Below are positions 23,151-35,932 of a stretch of 64,000 nucleotides of DNA, in pieces (positions within the stretch are counted from its first letter, which is position 1; each line of letters opens with the position of its first letter). Under the pieces are notes generated by a model. The model was not told the origin of the DNA. It did not search any database and saw nothing but the letters and a program-made list of their open reading frames with translations. Source of the stretch: Hydrolagus colliei (lineage: Eukaryota); contig CM068771.1 of NCBI GenBank assembly GCA_035084275.1, positions 4,278,001 through 4,342,000 on the forward strand. The letters are read 5' to 3'. The position numbers and the translations under genes were made by a program.

Positions 23151-24472
23151 CTACAGAATATAATATATTATGTTATAACGAGGGCTGGTTTAAAGCAAAA
23201 TCTCAGAAGTATCCAATACCAATGCCATTTTAGAAACTAAATTTAAAAATTTTGTTTAATTAAATTTAAAATATCTCCCCGAGAGCCAACCCCCTCCCGC
23301 CCGATCTAAGCCTGCTCTTCCCTTGTGGAGAGGTGCAGCCATGTGGTCGGTGACTGAGAGTGAAACTCGTCTCTTCGCTTCTCACACGATTGCAAACAGT
23401 GGCTCCAACGCGCCCCTCACTGGCCAGCCTTAACACACAGCTTCCAATTGTGTGTGTGTGTGCACAGTCAGTATGTGTGTGTGCGTGTGTGTGTGTGTGT
23501 ATGTAAAGTCTATGTGTATGTATCTGTGTGTATGCAGACTGTGTGTTTGTAGTCTGTGTGTACAGTATGTGTGTGGGCGTATATACATTCTGTGTGTGTA
23601 CAGTATATTGACTACAAACACTGACTACACACATACACTACAGTGTGTGAAGTATACAGTTGTTTACGGTGTGTGAGTGTATGTACGATCAGTGGATATA
23701 CACAGTCACTGTGGGTCTAAATAAATGCAAACTAAGAATAAGAATAATCCTCGCATTTGGTACAGCACCTCATTAGGTCTTTGAGACGTCTCAAAGCCAG
23801 AGTACACTGTAACAGACTGTACATTTTGTGGGCAAAATGCTGTAGCCAACTGCGCACAGCAGCGTCCCCCCAAAAGGTAGTGGATCGAGGGACCAAATTC
23901 TTATAGTTTTTTATTTTTTAAGGGATTATTACTCCCGAAAATGGCAACTCGCCAATCGACAGGTTTCTACTTGCTGCTAGGCATATAGAGGCCCCATCCT
24001 ACTTAACCAATCTACTCTCCCCCTACACGCCCACCCGGACCCTCCGTTCAACAGGACTTGTCCTGCTCCAAGCCCCCCGCCCGAACCGCCCCACCATCGG
24101 AGGCCGGGCCTTCAGTTTCTCCGCTCCCACCCTATGGAATGCCATCCCTCAATCCCTCCGTTTCGTCTCTTCCCTTTCCTCTTTCAAGGCCGGTTTGAAG
24201 ACTTTCCTCTTCGATCGTGCCTTTTGTTCCACCCCGAACTCTTTTACCTCCCCTTCGTGTTTCACCCCTTCCCAAACACTCCCCTCCCAGCTCGGGTCAC
24301 ACGCCTCCTGTTCAGCGCCTTGGGACGTCCTCCCAACGTGAAAGGCGCTCTATAAATGTAATTTGTTGTTGTTGTTGAGTGAGGAAACTTGCCTCACTTT
24401 TCGCCCTGTGTGTGTACAGTCAGCGTATGACTGCCCCTGACTGTTTCTCTCTCTCGTGTCTTCTCCCCACAG

Positions 24473-24607
24473 CTGCCTCACTCCCTGCGCAGCCTCGACG
24501 AAGTCACATACGCAGAGATCAACTGGACCCCGATGAGGAGACCCAGCCCACAGCCCAGGGCTCTGTGTGCACACACTGACTACATACACACTGAGTACAG
24601 CAGCATC
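24473..24607 (+). other. Orphan cytoplasmic-tail exon with ITIM (VTYAEI) and ITSM-like (TEYSSI) motifs; runs into a gap
   Basis: Strong acceptor TTTCTCTCTCTCGTGTCTTCTCCCCACAG. Phase-0 translation LPHSLRSLDEVTYAEINWTPMRRPSPQPRALCAHTDYIHTEYSSI. Confidence 0.6.
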
Positions 24608-25107
24608 NNNNNNNNNNNNNNNNNNNNNNNNNNNNNNNNNNNNNNNNNNNNNNNNNNNNNNNNNNNNNNNNNNNNNNNNNNNNNNNNNNNNNNNNNNNNN
24701 NNNNNNNNNNNNNNNNNNNNNNNNNNNNNNNNNNNNNNNNNNNNNNNNNNNNNNNNNNNNNNNNNNNNNNNNNNNNNNNNNNNNNNNNNNNNNNNNNNNN
24801 NNNNNNNNNNNNNNNNNNNNNNNNNNNNNNNNNNNNNNNNNNNNNNNNNNNNNNNNNNNNNNNNNNNNNNNNNNNNNNNNNNNNNNNNNNNNNNNNNNNN
24901 NNNNNNNNNNNNNNNNNNNNNNNNNNNNNNNNNNNNNNNNNNNNNNNNNNNNNNNNNNNNNNNNNNNNNNNNNNNNNNNNNNNNNNNNNNNNNNNNNNNN
25001 NNNNNNNNNNNNNNNNNNNNNNNNNNNNNNNNNNNNNNNNNNNNNNNNNNNNNNNNNNNNNNNNNNNNNNNNNNNNNNNNNNNNNNNNNNNNNNNNNNNN
25101 NNNNNNN
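24608..25107. other. Assembly gap (500 N); other gaps 34456-35210, 50741-51035, 51155-51585, 51644-52048
   Basis: N runs. ORFs spanning them are artefacts. Confidence 1.
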
Positions 25108-25191
25108 AATTTAATGTAATTTAATTAACAGTAATTTAAAAAATGAAAAATAAAATTTTAATTGAAAAAAACTTTTGGTGCAATGTATGAG

Positions 25192-25515
25192 CTCCTGTGG
25201 CTCAGTGATTAGAGCACTTGTCTTGCAAGGCTGGGGAGACCTGTGTTCGAATCCAGGCAGGTCAGGGCAAAACGTCAGGCAAGTTTCCTTACGCCACATG
25301 CCTAATAATAATCCCTGCAACAAAAAAAACACAACAATAAAGTTGGTCATTTCAATCCACGACTGTGTGTGGGGGGGACGCCGCTGTGCGCAATTGGCTG
25401 CCGTGTTTCGCCCACAAATATATGCAGTCACTTCACTTTACAGTGTAGTCTGTGAAGCGCTTTGGGACGTCGATAAGATGTGAAAAGCGCCGTATCAAAT
25501 GCAAGGATTATTATT
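25192..25515 (+). mobile_element. Full-length DeuSINE-type SINE (paralog about 52133-52455)
   Basis: TGGCTCAGTGA A box, GTTCGAATCC B box, Deu core, AATGCAAGGATTATTAT tail. Confidence 0.8.
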
Positions 25516-25859
25516 ATATATATATGACCGAGTGAGACACCATTGTCCACGCAATTTAATAAATAATAATCCCTGTCTGACACACATACCTTCTCGTGTC
25601 TGGGGGACGTCTCAAAGCGCTTCACAGGATTCATCCCCCCTACCTCGTCTCTCCTCACAGCAGTACTGCTGCTTCCGCTCTACTGGGTCTGGCCTCCTCC
25701 TTGTCCCCCCGAATCCTATGCTCTACCATCGGCAGCCGTGCTTTCCACCACTGTGCCCTGAAACTTTGGAGTTTGGAACTCCCTCCCTCAACCCCTTCAC
25801 CTCAAACCCTCCTTTCCACCATCTTCAGGTGGCACCTGAGACCTTTCTCATTGACTTGA

Positions 25860-26420
25860 GCCATACGGACATGGAGGTGCAGAGGGACTGAACGTCCAGT
25901 GTGAAAAGGAGACGTTCAGGACCGTGCAACTGGAAATTGTCGAAATGTCGGAGCGCGTCCGACGAGTCACGGATATAGTTGGGTAGGGATTGGACGAGGG
26001 GAGAAAAAATGTAGTCTAAATATGATGAAATGAATTCAGTGGGACAGGAGCAGGCTGAGACAACGGGTCTGCCAGGACAGTCCTGTTTAGGAATCTTGGG
26101 GAGAAAGTGTAGGCGGGCTGTGCGGGGTTGGGTGACTATGAGGTTGGACGCAGTAGGAGGAAGGTCACCAGCGGAGATGAGGTTATTAACTACCTCAGTG
26201 ACGGAGGCTTGGTGTTGAGCTGTGGGGTCATGGTTGAGTGGAAGGTAGGCGGAGTTGTCGGAGAGCTGGCGTTTGGCCTCTGCCAGATACGGCTCCTTAC
26301 GCCAGACAACGACAGCAGCACCCTGGTCAGCTGGTTTGATGATGAAATCAGGGTTGGCCCTGAGGGAGTGGAGTGCAGTGCGTTCAGAGGGAGAGAGGCT
26401 GTTGTTTGCTGTTGGACTGA
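25860..26420 (-). mobile_element. Penelope-like retroelement RT fragment (paralog about 52798-53358)
   Basis: IIKPADQGAAVVVW...LPKIPK...GRPVVS...YIRDSSDAL...LFTLDVQSL. Confidence 0.85.
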
Positions 26421-26668
26421 AGGTGAGGCTCTGACCAGACTCAGACAACAATATGTGAGGAGCTACCGTCAACACTCGCAGTGAACATCACAGGACTGTT
26501 GCCCACTCTATGATGTAGGGAATATTTGAACTGTTTGTGTGTGTTTTCATGTGATTCCCACAAACCAGGAAATCAGCAGGAAACCAAAACCAGAAATAGT
26601 CTCTGAACATTGCCATCTTGGGACACAAGTTCAATTCACTTCTAACAGTGAAGATTCTTCTCTTTCAG

Positions 26669-26684
26669 GACCGAACCCAAACAG
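26669..26684 (+). other. Probable non-coding 5' exon or exon end of BTN copy 2 (paralog 53607-53621)
   Basis: TTCTTCTCTTTCAG|GACCGAACCCAAACAG|GTCAGT. The ATG exon has its own acceptor, so an upstream exon is expected. Length is 16 vs 15 nt between copies, consistent with UTR. Confidence 0.4.
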
Positions 26685-26776
26685 GTCAGTGTCAGAAATT
26701 GTTTCCTGAAATAAAATTAGACAGTGATATAAAAACAATCATACTTTTACATTATATCGCAGTTACAGGATTGACT

Positions 26777-26789
26777 GGTTTCACTTTCG
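26777..26789 (+). promoter_or_regulatory. ISRE/IRF element near the 5' end of BTN copy 2
   Basis: GGTTTCACTTTCG (reverse complement CGAAAGTGAAACC) matches the IRF consensus GAAANNGAAA, about 500 bp before the ATG. Confidence 0.55.
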
Positions 26790-27292
26790 CACCCTGTGAT
26801 GTTGAGTTTAACTGTGAAATAAATGTTCTCCATTGTCAGGTTTGTGTAAATAGTAAAGCGGGAGCGGCTGCAGTGAGTTTATTCCCAGTTTGTTGTTTAA
26901 ACGCTGAGAATTGGAGGCCAGTGAGGAGTGAGGGGAATGGGAGCCTCGTCTCTGACCTGCACCTTGTTGGGGGTGAATAAGGAGCAGCTCTGAGGAGAGG
27001 GAGGGGAGGAGCACATAGAGCAGTCACACACAACATGTTTCTTCCCCAAAACTACCTCATGGAGACCCCCCAGTGTGGGGCTGGGGGGAGCCTCACTGTC
27101 ACAGTTAAACTTCCCAAATCATTATTCCGACAGAGATGGCAGTTTGTTCTGCTGTGTGTGTAAATGTTGTAAGATCGCAGAATTATTCATTAGGTTTTTT
27201 ATTTTGACCAATTATGTACAAACACAAATCTCTGTAATTATCTGATTTGCTGTTGCAACCAGATGTGATCTCAATGTGAAGGCCCGAAGAAG

Positions 27293-30200
27293 ATGATCTG
27301 GAAACGCTGTATTCAGGTCCTGTGGCTTGTGCTCCCCCTCTCTCTGGCTGGTAAGGAAACACGTTGAATCTGTTTGGTTTCTGCTGATGGTAAAGGGAGG
27401 ACCTCTCCATTCTGGTTCGTGTCCATAGGAAAGTGTAAAAGTTCCAAATGACATTTGTGTCTATTTGCGGCCAGGGCTCACTATGTCTCCTCATCCTTCT
27501 TGATCTTCCCACGGCCACTAACATGGTTGACCACTTTATCCTTCTCCACTCCCTTTCCTCTCAGCTCCACGTTCGTGGCTCTGTCCTTTCCTGGTTCTGT
27601 TCTTACCTTTCCCATCGTCTCCACTTTGTTTCCACCAATGACTTCTCCTGTATCCCACGCTCCATCACATGTGATGATATCCAGGGTTCTTTACCTGGTC
27701 CTACCCTTTTTAATATTTACATTCTCTCGCTTCCGGATGTGGGTGACAATCAACTCTGTCTCTCTGCCTATACCCCCAACTCCAGGAACAATGCTGTCCT
27801 GATAGATTGTCGGTCAGACAAGGCTTGGATGAGACCCAATTTCCTAACTATAAATGTACAAGACTAAGGCTCTCCATCACCATCCTTTCCTTCCATCAGC
27901 ATCTCTGCACCCCGGGCACTGACGGCATCAATATTCGTGGATGTACTCTCCACCACCAATACATAAGAACTTAAGTATTAGGCGCAGGACTAGGCCATTT
28001 GGCCCCTCAAGCCTGCCCCGCCATTCAATAATACCATGGCTGATCTTCAAATCTAACTCCACCTATGCGCCTCATTTCCATATCCCATAATCCCTTTGTC
28101 CAAAGAAATCTATCAATTTCAGTCTTGAATATGCTAAAGGATTGAACATCTACAGTTTTTTGGGTTAGAAAATTCCATAAATTCACTAGCCTCTGAGTGC
28201 AGAAGTTTTCCCTCAACTCATTGTGAAAAGGCTGACACCTATTCTTAAGACTATAACCCCAACCAGGATCACCAACCAGGGGAAACAGTCTCCCACTGTC
28301 TACTCTGTCATGGCCCTTAATAATCTTATAGGTTTCTTTCATGTCACCTCTCATTCTTCAAATGCAAGGATTATTATTATAGTTCAATTGCGGCTGCCAA
28401 AGGGAACTTCTACTTTATGTTAGTATGTCACTAACTTTCTGTTGATAGTTATTCTGAGACAATGTGACTGAAAATCCTAACTATTGTCGATTGTTTGTTA
28501 CTGAACAGAGAGATTCACAGTCAATGTTCCCAGTCACCCTGCCCTAGCCATTGCTGGTTCAGACGTTGTCCTGGACTGTAAGTGTTCCACAAAGCTGCCA
28601 TTAGAGGGTGTGGAGGTGAGATGGTTCAGGGTGAGATTCGACTCCCCTGTGCACTTATTTAAAGAGGGACATCATCAACTGGATATACAGGATGAAGCCT
28701 ATAGACACAGAACACAACTGTTTGAAGAGAAGTTTATCAATGGTGATGTGTCTCTCAGACTGGAAGATGTACGGGTGACAGATCATGGAGAGTACACATG
28801 TTTCGTCGAGTACGACGGATCGTATGAACAGGGAGTGATAGAGTTGAAAGTTATAGGTCAGTAATGTTTCCAATTCATTTTATTACATGTAATCTGTGTG
28901 TGCAAGAATTCACTCATCTTTAATAAGTTCAAAGTACAATAATTTCTATGAACAAGAATGTCCGTTTATTCAGAATGTTGTAGATGTGTTTTTGTTAAGT
29001 TACTGCACTGTAATGTCCCGGGTAAAATATTGTCTGATTCATGTCTCCTGTCTCTTCCAGGCCTTGGCAGTCAGCCTTGGATTCATGTTGATGGACAACA
29101 CAATGATGGTGTGATGCTATTGTGTGAATCCAGTGGATGGTTCCCAGCACCAGAGGTTCTGTGGTTTGATGATCAGGGAAACAAATTATCAACACTCAGT
29201 AACTGGACAGTCAAACAGGATTCTAAAGGTCTCTTCAGTGTTCAAAGCCAAATAGAAATAATCCATTCAACCAACAAGATCAAGTGTCTGATTCATAATT
29301 CAGAAAATGAACAAGAAGGAAAACTCCAAATCTTGGGTTGGTAAACACAGTAAATATTAATGTTGGTCTGAAAAATATGATGTAGATTTATTATAATAAC
29401 TCTTGCATTTGAAATAACACTTTTCACGTTTTCTATGCATCTCAAATTGCTTCACAGAATATACTGTAAAATATATTGGCTGTGTATACATGGGCGAAAC
29501 GTGGCAGAAAGTTGCGCACAGCAGTGTCCCTCAAACAGCTGTGTATTAAAATAACCAATTATTATTGTGTCTTTTTGAGGGACTATTATTAGCTGTGCAG
29601 AGTAAGGAAACTTGCCCAAAGTTTCAACCCCACCGGGAATCAAACTCACGTCTCGCGCTTGTCAGGGGAGTGCTCTAATCACTGAGCTACAGGACTCCAT
29701 AAAGTATTGTACAGGACTTCACTTGATGTGTTGTACAACACATGAAGTGAATATGCATCGGTCTGGATGATACGGTGTATCTAATTTCATCCTTTCAAAA
29801 TATGAAACTCGTAAGAATTAGGAGCAGGAGTAGGCCACTCGGTCGCTCGAGCCTGCCCCACCATTCAATAAGATCATGGCTGATCTATTCTAACTCCATC
29901 TACCCGCGTTATCCCCATATCCATTCATCATCTCCTTTATCTCTCTATTATCCCTCTCATCATCTTTAATAACAACTATTTACATTTGTAAATTGCCTTT
30001 CACATCGAGACAACGTCCCAATGTGGAAGATGCTATAAAACGTCAAAGATTTGGTCATGAGCTGGGGGATAGGGTCAAGAAGGATGGAAGGCAGGTGGGT
30101 GGGAGTAGGTGGGTGACCGAATGTATGGTCAAAGTGGTGGGTGTTGAAGGTGAGAAGGGACAGCCCGAGGTGGAGGGACTGTGGATGGGGTTCCAAAAAT

Positions 30201-32706
30201 ACCTCCGTACTCCAGCCCACCCAACCTTCCTGTTAATTATTCAAGCTGCTTATTATGTTAGGAATGAATCAATACTGAATGTCAACGTGACTGAAGCTCT
30301 CCTGATTAGCTCCAGTCAGCGCCTTCACATCTCAGGTACTGGCAGCATCAACAACAACAACAAATTACATTTATAGAGCGCCTTTCACGTCGGGAGGACG
30401 TCCCAAGGCGCTGAATGTACAACCTCCATGGTTGTACATTCCATATCAACAAACCAGTCAGGAACCTAGATGTCTTGTTCTATCCTCAACTGTCTTTCCT
30501 CCCCCACTTACAAGCCGTGACTCATTCTGCCTTCAATCACCTCCGCAACATTGCCCAACTCCGCCACTAGGTCACCCCTCAGGCCGCTGAAACTGTATCC
30601 AATATGATACCAGGCTTCACTTTGATTGAAGCCTGTGGTAGCGACTGAGCTATTGTGTGTAATACAGTAACATGGGGGTAAATGTAGGCATTTAGTGTTT
30701 GATATCAGAATAGATGTTTGAATGTATATTTACATTTCTTGACAGATGAGTTCTTCCCCAAAGTGCCAGTGGGTTTGGTGGTCTCCTCACTGCTCTTAGG
30801 ACTTGCCATAATAGTGCTGAGTGTTCTTGTCGTCTACAGTGTAAAACAGCACCGAGAGATCAAAGGTACGTTTCCGTCAGTAACATCCCTCAACTTAACA
30901 CTGTGTTACTGTTTGTGTGAGAATATGCAAGTTCTATAAATCAATTGCTTTCTCCCTTCACTCAGTAACCACCTGGCCTGTTTCATGTCACTGCCCTATT
31001 CTTCCCCCCCCATCAGCAAGTTAGGCTTTCAACCTATCTGTCCCCACTCTCTGGAACTCAATCCAACTTTCTTTTCGAATCAGTCTTTCCAAATCACTGC
31101 CACATCATCCCATTCTGAAAGATGCTCTATAAATGTCATTTTGTTGTTGTTGTTTAATAGGCCCCCTCTCCCCACTCTCACTGACTCACTGGAGACAATA
31201 AAACAGCATCTTAGACTACCACAGCTTGGCTAAATTATTAATTATTGCAGTATTATCTCATCGCTCGCTCCTCTCTCCCTTCTCTCGTTGAACGCTCCAC
31301 TCCACTCTTCTCTTATCACTCGCTCCACTCTCCCTTCTCCGCCTAAGGGTGCATCGCGCGAGGGCGGTGAACTCCCATATGCAGACCAGCCAGCCAGCGC
31401 ATATACGCACGTTATTCAATAAAGTCACGCATTTTTTTCTTCGCGCATGTTTGAGTTCACAATTGAGAAAGATGCGATCGACGAGTGCCTACTGTAACTG
31501 AGTTGAGCTTTATTCTGTGTAGTTTATCGCTTGTTATTGTTGTAAACAGGTAGTTTGACCACTAAATAATACTGTATTCAATATTGGTTTCTAACAGTTT
31601 TGCTTTGTATCCTCCAGATCTTGAGAAGACAGTTGGTAAGTCATCAAAGTAAAATAACAATCTCATATTATGATTACTCTCACTCACAAGGTTCACACAA
31701 ATCAGACGTAAGGTGGTGTTACAACACTTCTGTTTGCCAACAAAAGGCAAAGTTACTACACTCTCCTGTCAACCTGGGGAAATGCTCATGGGGAGCCAAA
31801 TCAAATTCAAGGATTATTATTGTGGTATAAGGTTAACTTGCAATTCTTTAGCGCTCTCCACGCAGGGTAGCATCTCAAAGCACTTAAGAATGGCGGAGCC
31901 TGACTGTGGTCTGGGGGGGAGGTTGGGCCGTAAGCATGTAGGAAAAGGAATGTTTTAAGGCAGGTCTTAAGGGGAGATGGGGAGCAAGGCAGAGGGATTG
32001 AAGGAGAGAATCCATTGTTTCGGGGGTCGGTCGCTGAATGTATAAAGGTGGAGAGGAGGGAAAGTTCGCTGGGAAGTTGACATGTATATGAGATACATGA
32101 TAAGAGACTTGAAGGAGTATATGGATAGGGCAGAACAGCTGCTGTAAGAAAAGATTGCTTTAATAACTCTTGCAAACTAGATATTTCACATCATTAACTG
32201 TTCATTTTCTTCGCTGAGACAACAGTGGCTTGTCAATATACACACATTTCAGGGAGGGGGTGGGTTGGATAGAATGAGCAAGTTGTCAGTAACACAGGGA
32301 GTGAGCCAATGATGGAGGGATGGAGGAAATGAAAGAAGAAGGTATTGAGAGAGAACAACAACAATATTGCACTTATATAGCGCTTTTCACGTCGGGAGGA
32401 CGTCCCAAAGCGTCTCCCAAAACATTGCCTGAAAAGGTGGTGGAGGCTGATTCGATAACAACTTTTATAAGGGAATTAGATCTTTATTTAGGGAGAACGG
32501 GTCTATTAGGCTATGGGGAGCGGGCAGGGCAGTGGGATTGAATCGCTCTTTTCAAAGAGCCGGCACAGACTAGATGGCCGAATGGCCTCCTTTTGTGCCG
32601 TAAAATTCTATGATTCTATGATTCTAAGGGAGTGATTTGGGAGCTACATAAGGTTTGATCACTTCTCTCTTGGTTCTAGGGTGGAAGAGGATTTGTAGGT
32701 GTGCAG
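27293..32706 (+). CDS. Butyrophilin-like receptor, copy 2, 3'-incomplete; exons 27293-27350, 28509-28856, 29061-29336, 30746-30865, 31618-31635, 32680-32706
   Basis: Same exon set and splice sites as copy 1. The sequence breaks into the gap at 34456 about 90 nt before the expected B30.2 acceptor. Confidence 0.85.
27450..27870 (+). mobile_element. Decayed L2 RT fragment (paralog about 54390-54810)
   Basis: LLDL...MVDHFILL...[14 protein letters not shown]...[13 protein letters not shown]. Confidence 0.7.
27961..28356 (-). mobile_element. CR1 LINE 3' fragment (paralog about 54900-55295)
   Basis: [13 protein letters not shown]...QRLVNLWN...FKTEIDRFL. Confidence 0.85.
32424..32625 (+). mobile_element. 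Young 5'-truncated CR1 insertion private to BTN copy 2
   Basis: LPEKVVEADSITTF...YGERAGQW with (ATTCTATG)n tail. Empty site CTCCCAAAAC|AAGGGAG in copies 1 and 3. Confidence 0.85.
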
Positions 32707-35700
32707 GTAAGAGTCTGACTGCTAAAGGAACCTGACTCCCCCCCAACCACCCCGCCACACACTCACATTCCCTCCCCACCCCCCACCCCACACACATGGA
32801 CTCAATCCCCACCCACACACATACTCCCGCTGAGGATGGTGTGGGGGTATGTGATGGTATCTCACACACCATCACATACCCCCACACCACTCACACACAC
32901 TCACATCTCTCTCCCACACACACCATCAAATCCCCCGACACACACATCACCTCACTCCACACCCCCCACACAACAACAAATATTACATTTCAAGATCGCC
33001 TTTCACATTGGGAAGATGTCCCAAGGCGTTGAACAGTCGGGTCAGGACCCGAGCAAGGGGGAGGGGCAAGGTGGGTGGGGGGAGGGGATGAGAGAGTTGG
33101 GAGGGCAGCTGAAGGCACTGACCAAGAGGAGAGTCTTGAGACTGGCCTTGAAGGAGGTGAAGGGGAAGTGAGGTGAAGGGACTATGGGATGGAGTTTCAG
33201 AGTGTGGGGGCAGAGGCTGAAAGCCCCGCCACCGATGGGAGGGCAGATCAAGCGGAGAAGATGGAGCAGACTGGAGCCCGGGGTAGGCAGGTTGATAGGA
33301 TGTCAGCCGGTCAGAGAGATAGGAGGGGGCAAGGTAGTGAATCATCTTGAAAGTGAGGACAACGACAAACAACCCCCCACAATGCACATAACCTCACAAG
33401 CCTCCAACACAACTCTCCCTCCTCCCCCCCCCCCCCCTCCCCCACAAACACACACAGACACACACACACAAACACACGCCCTCACATCTTCCCTCTGGCC
33501 CCCCCACCGCCGCACACATCCTCACTTCCCCTCACCTCCACACACCCTCATGTCTCCCCCCACAACACACATAGTCACATCTCCCGCACACACCCTCAAA
33601 CAACACTCCTCACACAAACCTCCACATAACCACAAACACCCTTACAACTCTCCCCCACAACACCTGCAAATTGCTCAGCCAAACACACCCTCATATTCCC
33701 CCCACCAAAACACACTCACACCCGAACCCTACACACCCTCAGTCACAACTCCCCCACCACACACATCCTTGCATTCCTCACCCACACATATCCCCCCATA
33801 CACACCCTCATATCCCCCTCCACACACGTCAAACTCCACCCACATAAACCCTCACATAACCCTCACATCCCCACACACACAGCCTCACATCCCCATACAC
33901 ACAGCCTCACATCCCCCCTACACACACACACCCTCACATCCCCCCTACACACACACACCCTCACATCCCCCCTACACACACACACCCTCACATCCCCCCT
34001 ACGCACACACACCCTCACATCCCCCTCCACAAACACACCCTCATATTCCCCCTCCACACTGACACCCTCACACACACCCCAGTCCACACACACCCTCACT
34101 TCCCCCCTCCTCCCACCCCCCCCAACACACATCCTCACATCCCCACCGCACACTCACCCCCAACACACACAAACATTTCCCACCCCCACACACACTCATA
34201 ATCCCCTCCAGACTTACATCATCCCCACACACCCTCACATCTCACCCCTCACACACACCCTCACATCCCACCCCTCACACACACCCTCACAAACTCCCAT
34301 CCCACCCCACCCCCCACACACATGCACATCACCCCTTCTTCCTCTCCCCTCCACACACACACTCCCGCCCTCCTCGTCCCGTCCCCCCCCCCCCCCCCCC
34401 CCACAGACTCTGAGCCTTTGTGTTGGATTCTGTTCCCAGGAGATGTCAGTGTTTANNNNNNNNNNNNNNNNNNNNNNNNNNNNNNNNNNNNNNNNNNNNN
34501 NNNNNNNNNNNNNNNNNNNNNNNNNNNNNNNNNNNNNNNNNNNNNNNNNNNNNNNNNNNNNNNNNNNNNNNNNNNNNNNNNNNNNNNNNNNNNNNNNNNN
34601 NNNNNNNNNNNNNNNNNNNNNNNNNNNNNNNNNNNNNNNNNNNNNNNNNNNNNNNNNNNNNNNNNNNNNNNNNNNNNNNNNNNNNNNNNNNNNNNNNNNN
34701 NNNNNNNNNNNNNNNNNNNNNNNNNNNNNNNNNNNNNNNNNNNNNNNNNNNNNNNNNNNNNNNNNNNNNNNNNNNNNNNNNNNNNNNNNNNNNNNNNNNN
34801 NNNNNNNNNNNNNNNNNNNNNNNNNNNNNNNNNNNNNNNNNNNNNNNNNNNNNNNNNNNNNNNNNNNNNNNNNNNNNNNNNNNNNNNNNNNNNNNNNNNN
34901 NNNNNNNNNNNNNNNNNNNNNNNNNNNNNNNNNNNNNNNNNNNNNNNNNNNNNNNNNNNNNNNNNNNNNNNNNNNNNNNNNNNNNNNNNNNNNNNNNNNN
35001 NNNNNNNNNNNNNNNNNNNNNNNNNNNNNNNNNNNNNNNNNNNNNNNNNNNNNNNNNNNNNNNNNNNNNNNNNNNNNNNNNNNNNNNNNNNNNNNNNNNN
35101 NNNNNNNNNNNNNNNNNNNNNNNNNNNNNNNNNNNNNNNNNNNNNNNNNNNNNNNNNNNNNNNNNNNNNNNNNNNNNNNNNNNNNNNNNNNNNNNNNNNN
35201 NNNNNNNNNNTCCCAGGCGGTGGAGATCAACTTCTAGAAAGTGCTGGAAAAAAGCTTTAAAAATCAAATAAACTTCCAGAAAGTGCTGGGGTTAGTTAGA
35301 AATACATATCAAACGGTTTGTAATGCGAACTGACATTTTGGGGGGAAAAGGGTGGGAAACAGCAGAAAATCAGGCAAAGCTTCATAAGAAGTGCTCAAGT
35401 AGCTCGAAGACAATGATACAGTAATGACAACTCGATCAGCCACGCATTTGATATAGTGGCTCATTACATTGTTGAGACAACAACAACAACAACCCTGACA
35501 TTGATAGAGTGGCTTTCATGTCGCGAGGACGCCTACAAACTGCTTTGGTGGAGGCCGATTCGATAACAACTTTAAAAGGGAGGTCATTTGGTTGAGGACG
35601 GTTTGCAAGGTTTTGGGAGGGGGATTAAATTGCTTTTTTTAAAGAGCCGGCAACAGACTCGATGGGCCGAATGGCCTCCTTTTGTGTTGTAAGATTCTGT

Positions 35701-35932
35701 GATTCTATGGTTCCTTCACATAATGATGCAAAGTGAATTTAGATATACTTTGTGGGCGAAACCCACCTGCACACAGCAGTGTTCCATAAACAGTCCTGGA
35801 ATGGGTGACTCATTACTATGAATATCATTACCTTATTTATCCATTTATTGGACTATTTATATATTTATTTTTTGAAGGGATTATTACCCCCTCATATAAC
35901 CCTCCAGCAAAGTTGGTTTTGTTATTCTATTA

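Larger units (their letters stand above)
15065..24607. repeat. Segmental duplication: hsp70-TIGD-ITIM block, matching about 38960-50740
   Basis: Colinear and high identity; offset 23770 at hsp70. Copy 2 gains the hAT element and has a deletion of about 380 bp in an L2. Confidence 0.95.
25108..34455. repeat. Segmental duplication: BTN block, matching about 52049-61215; from about 29045 onward it also matches 6530-11995
   Basis: Colinear near-identity; offset 26939 between copies 2 and 3. 11995-14750 also matches 61215-64000. Confidence 0.95.

Noticed and set aside
24533-25124. Long ORFs spanning N runs (also 34235-35271 and 50489-52069)
   Set aside because: Artefacts of translating assembly gaps.
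25192-25265. Functional tRNA genes at SINE heads
   Set aside because: They continue into Deu core and LINE-type tails and do not form complete cloverleaves.
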